A DNA stretch of 64,000 nucleotides from the human T2T-CHM13v2.0 reference genome, Homo sapiens (GCF_009914755.1 NC_060943.1), one strand, 5' to 3'. Numbered from the stretch's first letter, positions 41,240 to 55,789 are shown. Numbers and translations are program-made. Notes: generated by a model from the letters alone, not told the origin.

Positions 41240-42060
41240 GTCCTGCCCTGGTCTCTTCTGTGCATACAGCCCCACTTCCACCTGCTGGAGCCTGCACTTC
41301 AGTGCCTGAAACATTTCTTAGGGCACTGGAGTCAAGACAACAGCATGGCAGTCAGTTTCCCTGCTCTCCAACAAGGAGGCATCCTCTACCCACAAGTGCC
41401 AGGAGTTAATGGAGAAACACCGTGGCTGCCCCTCTGATATGTTTTGGCTGTATTCCCACCCTAATATCATCTTGAATTATAGTTTCCATAATCCCCACAT
41501 GTCATGGGAGGGACCTGGTGGGAGGTAATTGAATCATGGGGTGTTTTCCCCCACTATATTCTCACGAGTAATGATAATGAGTAAGTTCTTACACAACCTG
41601 ATGGTTTTATAAGGGGCTCCCCCCTTTGCTCGATTCTCATTCTTCTGTCTTCTGCTGCCATGTGAAGAAGGACATGTTTGCTTCCCTTTCTGCCATGTTT
41701 GTAAGTTACCTAAGGCTTCCCCAGCCATGCTAAACTATGAGTCAATTACACCTCTTTCCTTTATAAAACACCCAGTCTCGGGTATGTCTTTTTTAGTAGC
41801 ATAAGAATGGACTAGTACACCTTCCCTCTTGCAAGAGGGCTCAGGGCTGTGTCCTATGCAGGCTCCTGCAGTGCAGTTCCCCATTGGGATCAGACGTTAG
41901 TCGCCCACAGGGCAAACCATTTGATAAGATGCCATTTATTGGCTCTTTTTCTTCCTTGCCTCCCCTACCCACCTACCCGTGTTTTTTCACCTCCCAAATA
42001 AAAAACTTGCAGTTGAGTCCTTGTCTCAGGGTCTGCTCTGGGAGAACTGAGACCCACACA
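41240..42060 (+). mobile_element. LTR16-family LTR split by THE1
   Basis: caggagttaat before the insert; cacctcccaaataaaaaacttgca...tccttgtctcagggtctgctctggg after it. Confidence 0.7.
41435..41819 (+). mobile_element. THE1 (THE1C/D-like) solo LTR
   Basis: tgatatgttttggctg...gggagggacctggtgggagg...cccagtctcgggtatgtc...ggactagtaca; TSD ccctc/ccttc. Confidence 0.93.
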
Positions 42061-42084
42061 GGTGGTCCTCAGAATCATAGCTTT

Positions 42085-42330
42085 TAGCTCATTTGTTGAT
42101 TTATTTAGTATATACATTTATTGCTCTTTTGCCCTGTGCCAGGCATGGTGCTTGTTGCTGGAAACTCACTGAGAAACAAAACCCCAAAGGAGCTTCCCTT
42201 CCTGTTAGGGAGACAGGCAAAAACCAGGAAGCATGAATGTAATGATGGGTAAGAGGGTGAATCTAGTGAGAGGGGCTACTTGAGATTGGGGGTGCAGCAA
42301 GAGTCCCTCTGAGCTGCTCAGGTTTGAGAT
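42085..42330 (-). mobile_element. L2 3' end
   Basis: acatttattg...tgtgccaggcatggtgct...ggagacaggcaaaaa. Confidence 0.65.
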
Positions 42331-42634
42331 GCCTGGCCAGGCTCAGCCTCTGTGGGGCTCTCCCACAGGAATGCATGGCTGGCCACTGTCCCTCCCTGCC
42401 ACCCCCAACCCCAATACCTGGCTCCATGGCTGCCACTCACCATGGGCTGCTCCTTAGGGGAGACTCAGCCAAGCTCAGGTCCATGGGCCAAGTGGGTTTC
42501 TTCCTATCACTGCATCCTCAGATTCAGGCTGCCCTCTAGCTCCAGCTCTCAGTTGGCCATAGCAGTCTTCTAAAACCTGGATCCAGGTGTTGTAAGACAT
42601 GGGCCACAGAACTGATGCATGAGGGAAGAATAAA

Positions 42635-42880
42635 GACCAACGCTCATCAAGCTATTTCCGTGTGCCAGACTCTACTGGGGGCTTCAAAATATATGGCCTC
42701 ATTGACTTCACCTAATATCTGTTTGGAGTAAGTATTTTATCACTGGTATTAGAGGGGGAAACTGACACTCAGAGGGGCAGAGTGACTTCTCTGAGTCTCA
42801 GTGCTAACACAAGCCAAGGTTTAGGTTCCGGTCTACATGTCTCCAAACCCATTGTCTCTGGACCACAATCATACTGTGTA
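42635..42880 (-). mobile_element. MIR
   Basis: gtgtgccagac...ggaaactgacactcagagggg...gtgacttctctgagtc. Confidence 0.75.
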
Positions 42881-44684
42881 CACAGTCCCTGACCGGAGTC
42901 TCTCCTGGGACACTTAACTTTCTTTTAAGGACTCTTCATTCTCACCCTCATGTCCACGCTGGCTCAGTCTTATCCTTTAAGCCCTTATGATGCCTCATTC
43001 CTCCAGGAAGCCTTCTGAGAGGAACAATCAGAGACAGAAGTCAAAGGCTGGAGCCCCTGGCTTGCTTCTGGGGGAACCTGAGCTGGAAGTCAGCAGATGA
43101 CATTAGAGCCTCCCTGGCCATTGCTTATTGCCTGGGCACATAGTGAATACCACTCAGGACAGGGTCCAGAGGGCAAGGCTGGCTGGTGTGTGCTGGCCTC
43201 TCCCCCATATCCCAGGCTGGGCAGCCCCCACTGTGTTTCCATAGTGATGATGACAACTATGATGATGACCTTATTGGTCATCATTGGGTGGCCACATTCG
43301 ATGCTCGGCGTTTTCTACGTAATATCTTAGGTAATTCCCCTACCACCTGCTGCTCCACAATCAGGTCTGTTGTAACATGTCTGTTCTCTAAAGGGGCAGG
43401 GCACAGACATAGGTGACAGCTCCATCAAGAATCAAGCGGGGATGACGCAGTGGGCTGTGTCTTGCACGGCAGTGGAGAGGATATCACTGAACTCTCTAGA
43501 CTCATTTTACAACATTCTCCTGTCATTCCTTGGGAAGTGTTCAACAAAGCTTCTTCCCTTTGCATTCATCTGAGCCTGGCTTCTGTCAGTGTATGCGCTT
43601 TTCAAAAATGCTGTCAATCCCCCACTTCTTGAATCAGTTAATTAACTAGTTGAGTGTCTGTTTAAGCAGAGGAAAACCCAAATTGCGTAGGATCCCACCC
43701 ACCTCTCTGCAAGTCAATTCAGTAAACATTCACCGCAGCCCTGCTGGCTTGCCCAACACAGTGGCCACATGGGAGGGACGTGGAAGAGGTGGCCACCTGG
43801 GTCTTGCCCTTGGGAGACAGGTATGTGCCCTTCCCTGGCTACCAAACAGGAAAGAGCATGTCTGGTGTCAGCTCTGTCCTTATATAATCTAGGAATGACA
43901 GGAAGCAGTGCTGGCGGTGCAGAGGGGAATAGAGCTACGCCTTGCAGAACCGGGTTTCAGCTAAGATAAGGGTGACTTTCCCTTTCCGTCTGCAGCAGGG
44001 AGTGCAATATGCACAGTTCACTGGGTCTGGATAACTTGCACAGAAATTGAAGTGTGTTGGGAGAATCATAGGAAAGGCTGAAGAATGTGAGATCCAGGTG
44101 ACAGAAATTAATAGGTAGCTACTTCAGGAAAACTCTGCTGGCATGAGATGGGTGCCAAGTGTTGACCTTACCTGTGTCTGTCCAGATTGAAAGGGGAGGG
44201 AGGAGAAAGCAGGAGAGGGAGCAAGAGTGAGAGAGAGAGAGGGTTGGGAGAGAGTGGGAGCCTCAATGATGCCCAGCCCCTAGCTGGGGAAGGGCAGGGC
44301 CCTTGGCTGGCTGTCCCCCGAAAACTGACCACAGTGCCTCAAGAGAACTGTCCCAATCCTGGTGTTTTCCCCAGAAGATGGAGATATGGATGCAAAGTGG
44401 GTAAAGCTACAGATACCTGCTCCAGGGCGTGGGGGTGGAGGGTGCAACTTCGTGCCTCAGAGAGAAGTGTGTGAAGGGCCTGAATTTTCCCTGACAAACA
44501 GCAAGACCAACTGGGAGATTACAAGCACTGGGTTCCTTCCAAAGTCTAAGGAATCAGAAGCCTCCATGGATGTCTGGGTCTAGGAGAATTCTGAGAAAGC
44601 AGCCAGGGCATCTCTGGAACATGGATGAGAGACTGGAGGTGAATTTAGTGTTGTGGAAACTAGAGAGTCCAAAGAGTGGTGGTT

Positions 44685-45237
44685 GTGAGGAGTCCTTGAA
44701 ATATTAAGCATAGAATTACTGTAGGAGCTGGCCATTCCACTTGTGGGCACATACACACAAGAGTTGAAAGGAGGGACTTGACTGGATATTTCATTCCAAA
44801 AGGTGAAAGCAACCCCAAAAATCCATCTATGTATGAATGGAAAAGCAAAATGTGGGCTATGCATAAAATGGGAGGTATTCTGCCTTAAAAAGGAGGGAAA
44901 TTCTGACACATAGGGCAACATGATGAACCTCAAAGATAAAGATAAGTGAAATAAGCCAGTTACAGAAGTACACTTTTGTATGATTCCACTTATATGGGGT
45001 GCCTAAAGTAGTTGAATTCATCAAAACAGAAAGTAGACATGGGCTTGCCAGAAGGTTTGGGTAAAGGGAAGTAGGGAATTATTGTTTAATGAATGTGGAG
45101 TTTGTTTGAGATGATGGAAAACTTCTGGAGTTGGATTCACAACAATGTAAACACGCTTAATGCCATGGAACTGTACACCTAAAAAGATTAAAATGGTGAA
45201 TCTTATCTTATGTGTATTTTACTACAATTAAAAAAGA
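44685..45237 (+). mobile_element. L1MB-type 3' end
   Basis: gccttaaaaaggagggaaattctgacac...gtatgattccacttata...cttaatgccatggaactgtacac...ttaaaatggtgaa. Confidence 0.9.
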
Positions 45238-45374
45238 ATACAGAGACAGGGATGGGCTGCTTGGACCCTGTCACCAGAGACATTCAAGCAGAAGCTGCAT
45301 GACTCTAGATCTTGGTTATGAAATGAGACTCAGATAGAAGATAAGGTTTGTCTCGCCCCTAGACTCAGGGTGAT

Positions 45375-45567
45375 GCCGTGGAAAGGCGGCTTTGCAGTCA
45401 GACAAAAATGGATGAGTATCCCAGCTCTGCATCCTAGTTAGCTGTGGGACTTGGCCGAGTTGCCTAAATTCTCTAAGCCTTCCCTTCCTTTGTCATCTGT
45501 GAAATGGATGTTCCAATGACTACCATGCTAGTTAATTGTGAGGACTAAATGAGGCAATGTGCCTGGA
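45375..45567 (+). mobile_element. MIR
   Basis: gcagtcagac...tcccagctctgc...agctgtgggacttgg...catctgtgaaatgg...gtgaggactaaatgag. Confidence 0.85.
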
Positions 45568-45881
45568 AACAAAACCCAATGGAACCCAATAAAAAACATC
45601 TCAGGACAACAGATACGCACAAATGACCCTGAGACATGAACAGATGCTCAATTTCACTCATAACAGCAGAGATGCAAATCACAAAGGCTCAACACCTGAA
45701 GATATCAATTTTGACCTATCAGACTGGAACATCCCATGGTTTGAGAACATACACTACATCATTGGAGAGGCCATAGTGAAAGAGCCACAAGTATTGCTGG
45801 TTCAAAGCAAAATAATGCCAACCCTGTGTAGGGCAATTTGGCAGTGTTTATAAATATATAAAATCAACATTTCCTGGTGAC

Positions 45882-46967
45882 CTACATTATGAGATATATA
45901 TCATATAATTATCTATCTATCTATCTATCTGTCTGCCTGTCTATGTATCTATCTAGAGGTTTTCATCCTGCCTAACTCCCATAGCCATTATCATAATGTT
46001 GGGGCACTTCAGGCCTCAGGAGCAGACCTCAGAAAACAGAATCTCTCTCTGACCTTCTTCCTCCTGTCACCTGCCCCATACCCTGGAGAAAAAAATACTG
46101 CACAGAGAGGCCAAAAAGAATCTGAACGGATAGGCCTGGCTGGGTTTGGATCATGCCCTTTTTGTCCAATCACATTTCTACATGTTGATCAGTCACGCCT
46201 ATTCAGTGAAGTCTCCATAAAAGGCCCCAGAGGAGTGGGTCTGGAGCATCCATGTGGCTGAATTTATGGAGCTTCCTGAACGGTGGTGCCCAGGGAGGGC
46301 ATGGAAGCTCAGTGCCCTTTCCTTTGTACCTCACCTGTGTATCTCTCCATCTGATTCATTTGTGATAGCCTTTATAATAAACTGGTACATGTGTTTCCCT
46401 GAGTTCTGTGAGCCACTCCAGCAAATTAGTCAAGCCCAAAGAGGGGGTTGTGGGGACCCCAACTTGAAGCCCTTCAGTCAGAAGTTCTAGAGGCCCAGAC
46501 TTGCAACTGACATCTGAAGTCAGGGAAGTCTTGGGGACTGAGCCCTCACACTGTAACATCTGACGCTATCTCTCGGTAGATAGTGTCAGAATTGAATTGA
46601 AATAGAGGACACTCAGAGAAATGCAAGTGGCAAAGTCTCCATACTCTGAAGATATCAATTTTGACTTTTCACATTGAAGCATCCAATGGTTTGAGAACAT
46701 ACACTGTTGGGAGAGGTTATGGTGGAAGGGCTACATGTATTGCTGGTTTAAAGCAAAATAAAACCAACCCTGTGTGGGGCAATTTGACAATCATTATAAA
46801 TATATAAAATCAGCATTTCACACTGCAGTGTTCACTGCAGAATTAATGGCTCACTTGGTGGTGTGAAGAACTCCCCACATATTTTAGGGTCACGGAAGTC
46901 TTCTGTGATGATTGTTGTGAAGAGTGAGAGTAGGAGAAAACACAGTTTGAGGTTTTTTTCTCAAACA
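45882..46967 (+). mobile_element. MER21 (MER21A-like) LTR containing a (TATC)n repeat and an inserted L1 segment
   Basis: attatgagatatata...taactcccatagcc...gtttccctgagttctgtgagccactccagcaaatta...gatagtgtcagaattgaattg...ggtcacggaagtcttctgtg. Confidence 0.85.
45912..45955. repeat. (TATC)n/(TGTC)n tetranucleotide repeat
   Basis: Read directly from sequence. Confidence 0.9.
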
Positions 46968-47327
46968 CCTGGCAATCTCACTACTGGGAAATTATCCTAC
47001 AGCTATACCAGCAAGTATGCAAAATGACATAATACAAAGTTTTTTTTACAGTAGAAAAATGTATAATATCAAAAAACTTAAAACAATTGAATATTCATTT
47101 ATAAGGGACTGGTTAAATAAACTGTGTCATATCCACAGAAAAGGGACAGTGTGCAGCACAGGAAAAGAATGAGGAAGCTGCGCTAATAATACAAAGTGAC
47201 AAAAAGCAAAATTCAAACAATGTGCCTGTGAGCCACATTTTCTTGTAAGAGAGACAAGGAGGTTAAAATGATATCTGTAGTTGTTTCTTTTTGCCTAAAG
47301 AAACCCTGTGAGGATAAACACAAAACT

Positions 47328-47600
47328 AGACTAGGCATGGTGGCTCACACCTATAATTCCAGCACTTTGGGAATCCAAGGTGGGAGGATTGCTTGAGGTC
47401 AGGGGCTCAGTACTAACCTGGACAACATTGTGAGACCCCATCTCTTAAAAAAATAAAAATAAAAAAATAATAAATTAGCCAGGTGTGGTGGTGGCCTTCT
47501 GTGGTCCCAGGACTCAGGAGGATTCCTTTAGCCCAGGAGTTCAAGGCTGAACTCCAGCCTAGGTGACAAAGCCAGACCACATCTCAAACAAAACAAAACA
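47328..47600 (+). mobile_element. AluJ (right arm partly deleted)
   Basis: gggaggattgcttgagg...aggagttcaaggctg. Confidence 0.92.
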
Positions 47601-49369
47601 TGTAACTAATAAAGCCAAGTAACTAATAAAAATAATTTCCTGTAGGTGAAGGGACTGGACTGGGACTGAGATATCTCTGGGTATACTTCTAAATTTTAGA
47701 TCATGTTAATGCGTTACTTACATGAACTTTAATTTTTAAAAAATGCTAAAAATAAAACTTATGAAACTTCATTGGAGACATAAAAAGAAAATTTAATGAA
47801 TAAATTGGCATATTATGTTTCTATTGAGTCTAGAGAAAGGCTCAGTACTCTGAAGACAATCAATTTATTTCAAATTAATCAATTAATTCAATGCATTTGT
47901 AATCAACAATGCAACATATAGAATCTGAAAGAGTTATTCTAATGTTCATCATACAGGAAAGAAAACAATTCTAGAATTGTCAGGACAGTTTTGGACAAAG
48001 ATAACGAGGGGTTTATGTTATCAAAATATACCTTTATAGTAGTTAAAGTGTATTTTAAATACATTAATTATATTTTATTATTACATGGAAAAAGAAAGAT
48101 ACATTAATGAAAAAGAGTGCAGAGTCTGGAAACGGACCCATATGTCTATGAAAATTTACAGAATAATAAAAATAAAACAAGATCTTTGTTTTACAACATT
48201 AATGCAGTGAAATGCAAATAGGTTAGAAATCTACAGATTTAAAAACAAAACTTTGAAAGCACAAGAATAAAATGCAGAATAATTTTTAGGGTTTGGGTAA
48301 TAAAGACTTTCTAAAGCAGGAGAGAAAACTTAGACATAATAAAGTAAAAGAGTAATCAGACTTTATTGGCAATTTAAAAATCACCATACATACAGTTGTT
48401 TCAATTTACCAGTGACAAACAGAAATTAAAAATTAAAAAAATATTTGCAACAGCATTAAATTTTCACCTCAAAAAAATAAATCTAATGAAAAGTATGTGA
48501 GGCTTCTTTACAATAATTATAAAGTATTATCATTAATAATCATCACTATATTACCTTTTATTATTTAATAATGAAATCATTATTACTAAGATGTAAATGA
48601 ATGGATCTATATACCTTGTTCTTGGGTTGGATTTTAGCTATGCCAATTCTCTCCAGATGATTTATTATAGTTGATGTAATCTCAATAAAGACATCAATAT
48701 CTGTTTTTGGAGAAAATTGGCAAGCTGACTTAAATTTTAATGAGACTATAAAGGGCTAAGAATAGCCAAGATACTCCTTAAGAAGAAGAAGAAGGTGGAA
48801 GGACTTACTCTTCTGGTTATTCAAAGTTATGATGAAACTACAGCAGTGAAGACTGTGGCATTGGTTCAAGGATGGATAAATAGGCCAATGAACAGGAAAC
48901 AGGTCAGAGAGAGTCAGGGACACTTGATCCATGACAAAAAGCACACTGCAATGGGGAAACGATGTCCTTTCAATAAACACTACTAGGCCAATTGAATAAT
49001 ATAGAGAAAAAGGTTGACTCCCTACCTCACACCAACCTGTCCATATACAAAGATCAATTCCAGGTAGTTTATAAATCTAAGTGTGGAAGGAAAACAATAA
49101 AGCTTCTAAGGAAAACATTGGAGAGTTTTCTTATAGCCTTAGGGTAGAAAAGACTTCTCAAGTAAGATATAGAAAGTAGTGTCATAGAAGAAGATTGATT
49201 AATTGAACTGCATTAAAATGAAAAGCTTTTGTTCATTAAAAGACATCATGAAGAAGCAAAGATAAATCACAGAGTGGGAGAATGTATTTGCAAAGCAAAT
49301 TACCAATAAACAACTTATTCCTGGAATATATAAAGAACTCCTGCAAATCAATACAAAATGACACACAAC

Positions 49370-49967
49370 TGTGCCAGCTATTAATTTATTGCCTCTCAGC
49401 TCCAAATTCACCCAATTTCCCCCTAGTTTGCAATACTGGAGCTGGGATCTGTACTCAGTTCCTGCTTTGCTCAGTGGCTTTATGTCAGGCTGTGTCAATA
49501 GGGATCACTGATGGAGGCTGCAAGAATGGAAGAGGGACAGGGATGTTTTCTCTCCCTGGATTTTGCCATTGGTGGTAAGCAGAACAGTCCAAGGGCCGTG
49601 AGTTCCTGCAGCGCCCCTGTGACAGTAGGCATTTCTCATGGTTTTGGGATAGCCCAGCAAGCTTTGTCTTTATTGCAGAGGCATGTGACAAAGTTCTGCA
49701 ACAGCTGCATCATCTCAACAATCTGAATCTCTGTTTTTAGAGGCCTCTTTTCTAAGCTGCCAAGTTTCTTCCTTGGCTTCCTTTTCTCTCAGCCCCAGGA
49801 GTGGTCGCTTTCTGCAGCTGCTACCCAGATACAACTTAGAGTCCTCTTTTACCTCTTTTGGTTATTCGCCATCTCTTGCCTACTTAAGAAATATTTGCAA
49901 TACTTTTTTTCTTTGTTCAAATTTCTGAGTGTGGAATCATTCTCCTAACTGAATCCTGGCATATACA
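49370..49967 (+). mobile_element. LTR41-family (ERVL) solo LTR
   Basis: tgtgccagctattaatttattgcctctcagctccaaatt... ending atataca; perfect 5-bp TSD acaac (49365-49369 / 49968-49972). Confidence 0.8.
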
Positions 49968-51290
49968 ACAACCCAATAGAGAAACGGGAGAGACTCAAAC
50001 AGGTACATCATAAAGAGGATGCCCAAATGGCAAAGAAACATATGAAAGAGGGCTCACCTTCATTACTCATCTGAGAAATGCAAATTTAAGGCAAACACAA
50101 TACCACTATCCACCCATTAGAATGGTTAAAATTAGAAAGACTCACAATACCAAGTGTTGATGAGAATGTGGAACAGCCAAAACTCTTACAATGCTGATAG
50201 GTCCATGAAATGATGAAACTACTTTGAAAAAGTGACATTGTCTATACTCTGTGTATACTATGTGGCATACACCCAACTGCAAAGGATATAAAGATACACT
50301 GAAAAACATGTACAAGAATATTCATGGCAGCATTGTTTATAAAAGCCAAACTCTGAAATTAAAATAAAAACAACTCAGAGGTCCATCAGAAGTAGAATAG
50401 GTAAAATATGATACAATGATTAAATGCAATGTTATACAAAAACAGAAACAATCTGTACCTATGTTGTATAACATGGATGAATTTCACAAACATGATACTG
50501 ACCAACAGAAATAAGGAGCTGGGTGCTGAGAAGTATATGACATATGATTATTCTATATAAATTTTTAAAGGGCTAAACTCATCTTTTGATAGTTATCATT
50601 GCTGGGAAATCATTACCTCTAGATGGAGAAAGGAGGTAGTGACTGGGAGGGTGTAAGAAGGGAACCTCATGGCAGGTAAAATTTTTTTATTTCTTGACCT
50701 GGGATATGTTCATTTTGTGAAACTTGATGAACTCACTGTTTTAAAATCATGTACTTTTCTGCATATATGTTATTCTTCAATTAAAAAGTAAAAAGAAGAC
50801 AGAAAAAGAAAAGGCAGCATGTTAAGACAAAATACTTAACTATATTTTATTAGTGAAAGTTTAGGATCCAATCCACATAAAGAGTTTCTGTTTAAAAATG
50901 ACAAACAACCTTAGAGAAAAATGGACAAAGATTATAAAAAACAATTCACATAATACATACTATTATCCAATATAAAAGGCAGATTCCCTTAGTTTCTCTC
51001 TTCGAAGCCTGGGAAATAGGTACTTAAACACCAATGGCCTTGACTACCCATTTGAATAGGAAAACAAAAGGCTGACAAAATGTTGGGCGGGGGGATGTGG
51101 GAAAAGGGGCATCAGTACCCCTTTTCTGACTGTACCATCAGTCAGATATAAATTGTTAAAATTCTTTTGGAGGAAAATTTGGCAATATTTATCAAAATAA
51201 AAACAGGACTAACCCCTAGTCCACCATTTCACTTCTAGAAATTCTAAAATAACATTCACGCATGTTCAAAAAGATGTAAGCAAAATAATG

Positions 51291-51593
51291 TTTTGTTTTG
51301 TTTTTCTTTGAGACACAGTTTTGCTCTGTCGCCCATGCTAGAGTGCAGCGGCGCGATCTCTGCTCACTTCAAGCTCTTTTTGATGCCATTCTCCTGTCTC
51401 AGCCTCCCAAGTAGCTGAGACTACACCCAGCACCCGCCACGGTGCCCAGCTAATTTTTTGTATTTTTGTTTTTTTAGTAGAGACGGGGTTTCACCATGTT
51501 AGCCAGGGTGGTCTTGATCTCCTGACGTCATGATCCACCCGCCTCGGCCTCCCAAAGTGCTGGGATTACAGGCTTGAGCCACCATGCCCAGCC
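51291..51593 (-). mobile_element. AluY-like (antisense)
   Basis: caagctc, gccattctcctg and gttagccagg diagnostics; TSD caaaataatgttt. Confidence 0.94.
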
Positions 51594-52254
51594 ACAAAAT
51601 AATGTTTATCGCAGCATTTTTTTCTTGTAACATAAAAAAGAAATGGGAAATTAAGTCTCTATGAATCAGAAGAAAATCAAGTTTCTTCATACAATGGAAT
51701 ACTACATGGCTGGTAAAAATATAATGGGGTCCTCTGTGACTTAACGTGACAAAATCTAGCGTAAGGCTAACTCATGAAAGCAACTCTCAAATCAGTGCAT
51801 TAAACATTATAGCATTCATGTAAAAGAATTAAATACTCAGAGTATGTTTGTAAGGGTTGTTTTCAAGTTTGTCTCTATAGCCTCATAGACTACTTAAATA
51901 TACCATACCAGAATATTTTTAAGTCACAGAAGTAAAGCGCTAATAAGCAAAAATAAGCATTTAAAGTCTCCTCCATGATGCCTGCTAGATAGTAGAATTC
52001 TTATTCCCTGATGTCCTAATGGCAGACTCTGGCTGATGAAAGTGATCAACACCTAACTATACAGGCATTTCAAACAACAGGATTTATTTACGGAGGACAG
52101 GAAGGAGGGAGCAGAAATTCTTGTTCAGAAAATAAATTCCTTAGAATTTCATTGAGCTTGTTTATTCTTGGCCTACTCCATGATATGGAATACTTACTTG
52201 GACCATCTTCTATCGGTTTAGGGATGGTGGGATGCTCTCTGTCCTGGACAAGGC

Positions 52255-52762
52255 TGATATGGATCCATAGAAATAAAATGTGAGCCTCCTGTGTGACTTT
52301 AAATGTTCCAATAGCGAAATCAGAAAAAAGTAAAATGAAACCAGAGAAATTAATTTTAATAATATATGTTATTAACCCAAGGTATGAAAACAATTATTAT
52401 CTCAACATTTAATTAATATAAAAGTATTAATGGAATATGATGTATTCAATTTTTTGGTAAGATCTTCAAAATCTGGTGTGCATGTCACACTTACAGCCCA
52501 TCTTGATTTGGATGCTATGTTTTTCTTGACTTGATCTGTATTTAAATTTCACAAACTTCCCAGTAGATTCAAATACCTAAGTTGTTTTGAACATATCTAA
52601 GCATATGAGTTTTTCAAGAACAGAATCAAGTATCAGTTTTTTAAAATTTGGATTTAGACAGAATGAAGTAAAGTTAAAAATTCAGTGCCTCCATTGCCCT
52701 GGCCATATTTCGAGTACCCAGTAGCCACATGTGGCCAGTGGCTCCATATTGGACAAGGCAAG
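52255..52762. mobile_element. hAT-Charlie non-autonomous element (MER33/MER3/Charlie5 group)
   Basis: atagaaataaaatgtgagcc...aaattaattttaataata...tcttcaaaatctggtgtg...tagccacatgtggccagtggctccatattggaca. Confidence 0.85.
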
Positions 52763-53661
52763 TGGAGACCAGTCCTCCCATGTGGTCTTGGAGGTGGGTC
52801 TTGGCATTCTTGGGAACTGCTGCCCCAGCCAGCTGGGCTCCCTGGCCATGTTAGCTCTTCTCTGCATCCTGAACACGTGGGAGCTGCAGGCACTGGGACA
52901 ACCAGGCAAGGGCTGGAGCTCTGCCAGCTTCCAGGGCAGGCAGCTGGTCCCACTTGTCTCAGACACCTGGCTGCCTGACATTTACCCAGCAGCCTCGGCT
53001 CCACCATGCAAAGCTGGCGAGGACAGACCAGGGTTCCTGCAGGCTGTGAAGGGCTCTGCAGAGGGACTGCATTCCTGGGGGATGAGCCTGACCTTGGGAT
53101 GAACCCAGTGGGATGACATAAGCCATGATTTCACAACATGGCAGTGATCACGAGCTCTCTGTGAGCTGGGGTGGACCGCGGTTTCTGCTGAGAGCATGGC
53201 GGCTACAGGGGAAACTGAGGCAGCCCACAGCTCTGTCCTGCACCAAGATCTCTCCTTCAAGACAGGTCCCAGAGCCTCAGCATCATCAATCCCTGGGACA
53301 CACATATCAGTGGCGAGAACTTGTATTTCCTCTGAAAACGGAAGGGCTGCTTTTCCACATCTTGAGAAGTAGCTATTTTTCTCTTTCTTCCTTAAATCAG
53401 TGATGAAGCTTCTGTTCAAGTTTCATTCTCGAGAACTGTGCAGAAGCTTCCCTCGCTTTGCGCTCTGGGCTGGGAAGACTACATGGTTCCATCAGTATTC
53501 TGTGTTCTCATTTTGGTGAAATTGAAATTTCATGGATTAAATCACCTCTCCTATGTACCCAGTACATGCCATGGAGACAACCCAATAAAAGGCATGGTCC
53601 CTGTCCTCCAGGATCCCACAGTTTCATGGAGGAAGTCAAAGGAGACTTCTTTTTATTAAAA

Positions 53662-54160
53662 ACAGTGGCTCACAACCTTGCCTGCACAGTAGAATCCCTG
53701 GAAAGTTTTAAAAAGCATCAATGCCTAGGATGCACCACAGAGGTTCTGATTTAATTGGTCTAGGATGCAGCTTTGGCATTGGGATTTTATTTTGTTTTAT
53801 TTATTTTATTTTATTGTTTGAGATGGAGTTCTGCTCTGTCACCCAGCCTGGAGTGCAATGGTGTGATCTCAGCTCACTGCAACCTTCGCCTCCTAGGTTC
53901 AAGCAATTCTCCTGCCTCAACTTCCTGAGTAGCTGGGATTACAGGTGCCCAACACTATGCCCACCTAATTTTGGTATTTTTAGTAGAGATTGGGTTTTAC
54001 CATGTTGGCCAGGCTGGTGGTGAACTCCTGACCTCAGGTGATCCACCCACCTCCCAAAGTGCTGGGATTACAGGCGTGAACCACTGCCCCTGGCCGGCAT
54101 GGGGATGTTAAAAGCTTCTCAGGTAATTCTCCTGTGCAGTCTGGGTGCGAGTGACAGTTT
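53662..54160. mobile_element. MER5A/B split by an Alu
   Basis: cagtggctcacaaccttgcctgcacagtagaatc...ttctgatttaattggtct... then aagcttctcaggtaattct...gtgcagtctggg. Confidence 0.8.
53785..54095 (-). mobile_element. AluSx-like (antisense)
   Basis: Reverse Alu; TSD ggcattgggat/ggcatggggat. Confidence 0.96.
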
Positions 54161-54257
54161 TACATCTCAAGTCCATGACCTTAGGGACAATCAACTGGGT
54201 CCCAGGAACTCTAATTGAATCCCAGGACTTCTGTGTTCAATGTAGCCTCCAAAGTTA

Positions 54258-55178
<921 letters not shown>

Positions 55179-55380
55179 AATCTGGAGAGTCCTAATTAAG
55201 ACAGATTTCTCAGTAAATGAAGATGATGATTTTAGATGTTTAATGTCCCACATCCAGATTCTAACGAGAATAACAACAGGACTATAGTAAGAGTGATAAC
55301 CAACACCTTCCTTGGAAAATAGGGAAGAGGTGTGCTACAGAAAGGTCAGAAACTGCAAGGAATTCCTACTAAAAATAGCA

Positions 55381-55539
55381 GGAGCCTAGGCGTGGTGGCT
55401 CATGCCTGTAATTCCAGCTACTGGGGAGAATGAGGCAAGAGCATCTCTTCAGCTCAGGAGTTCGCGGCTGCAGTGAGCTATGCTTGTACCACTGCATTCC
55501 AGCCTGGGAGACAGGATGAGACTCCCATCTCAAAAAAAA
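55381..55539 (+). mobile_element. Free Alu monomer (FRAM/FAM-like)
   Basis: Single right-arm-type monomer with poly-A; TSD-like aaaaatagcag/aaaaatacag. Confidence 0.88.
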
Positions 55540-55789
55540 TACAGTAAGTAAATGACAGGTCAAAAAATGAAGAAAAGACCCAAAAGAAATGCGCACCTGC
55601 TTGTCTGAGAAAGCAGGAGGTGTCAGGAGACTAGAAGAGACTATGGCAGATCCATTTACACTTCTGCATTGTAAGTATTGAGAATGGAGCTGTGGGCAGG
55701 TCATGCGATTGACGTGAACTCCTTGTTCTTTAGCTGTTATGGGTCAACACTGTGGGACGTAGCTGCTCAGAGAGGTTCAAGTGTGAGTA

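Larger units (their letters stand above)
45575..47750 (+). mobile_element. Old L1 (L1ME-like) 3' region split by MER21 and AluJ
   Basis: catgaacagatgctcaatttcactc...gggcaatttggcagt... continuing as gcaatctcactactgggaaattatcctaca...agggactggttaaataaactg. Confidence 0.75.
47750..51900 (+). mobile_element. Stack of decayed L1M ORF2/3' segments
   Basis: Repeated L1 ORF2-end motifs (ctaagaatagccaagatactc, actacagcagtgaagactgtggc, gaaatgcaaatttaag, ccaagtgttgatgagaatgtggaaca); strongly A-rich + strand. Confidence 0.85.

Noticed and set aside
49492-49510. CTCF site expected in LTR41
   Set aside because: Reads tgtcaatagggatcactg; the GGGGGCGC core is degraded, so binding is unlikely.
51570-51585. 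ggcttgagccacc in an AluY, a variant I associate with macaque Alu subfamilies
   Set aside because: One position only, with no other supporting diagnostics; insufficient to call the species.
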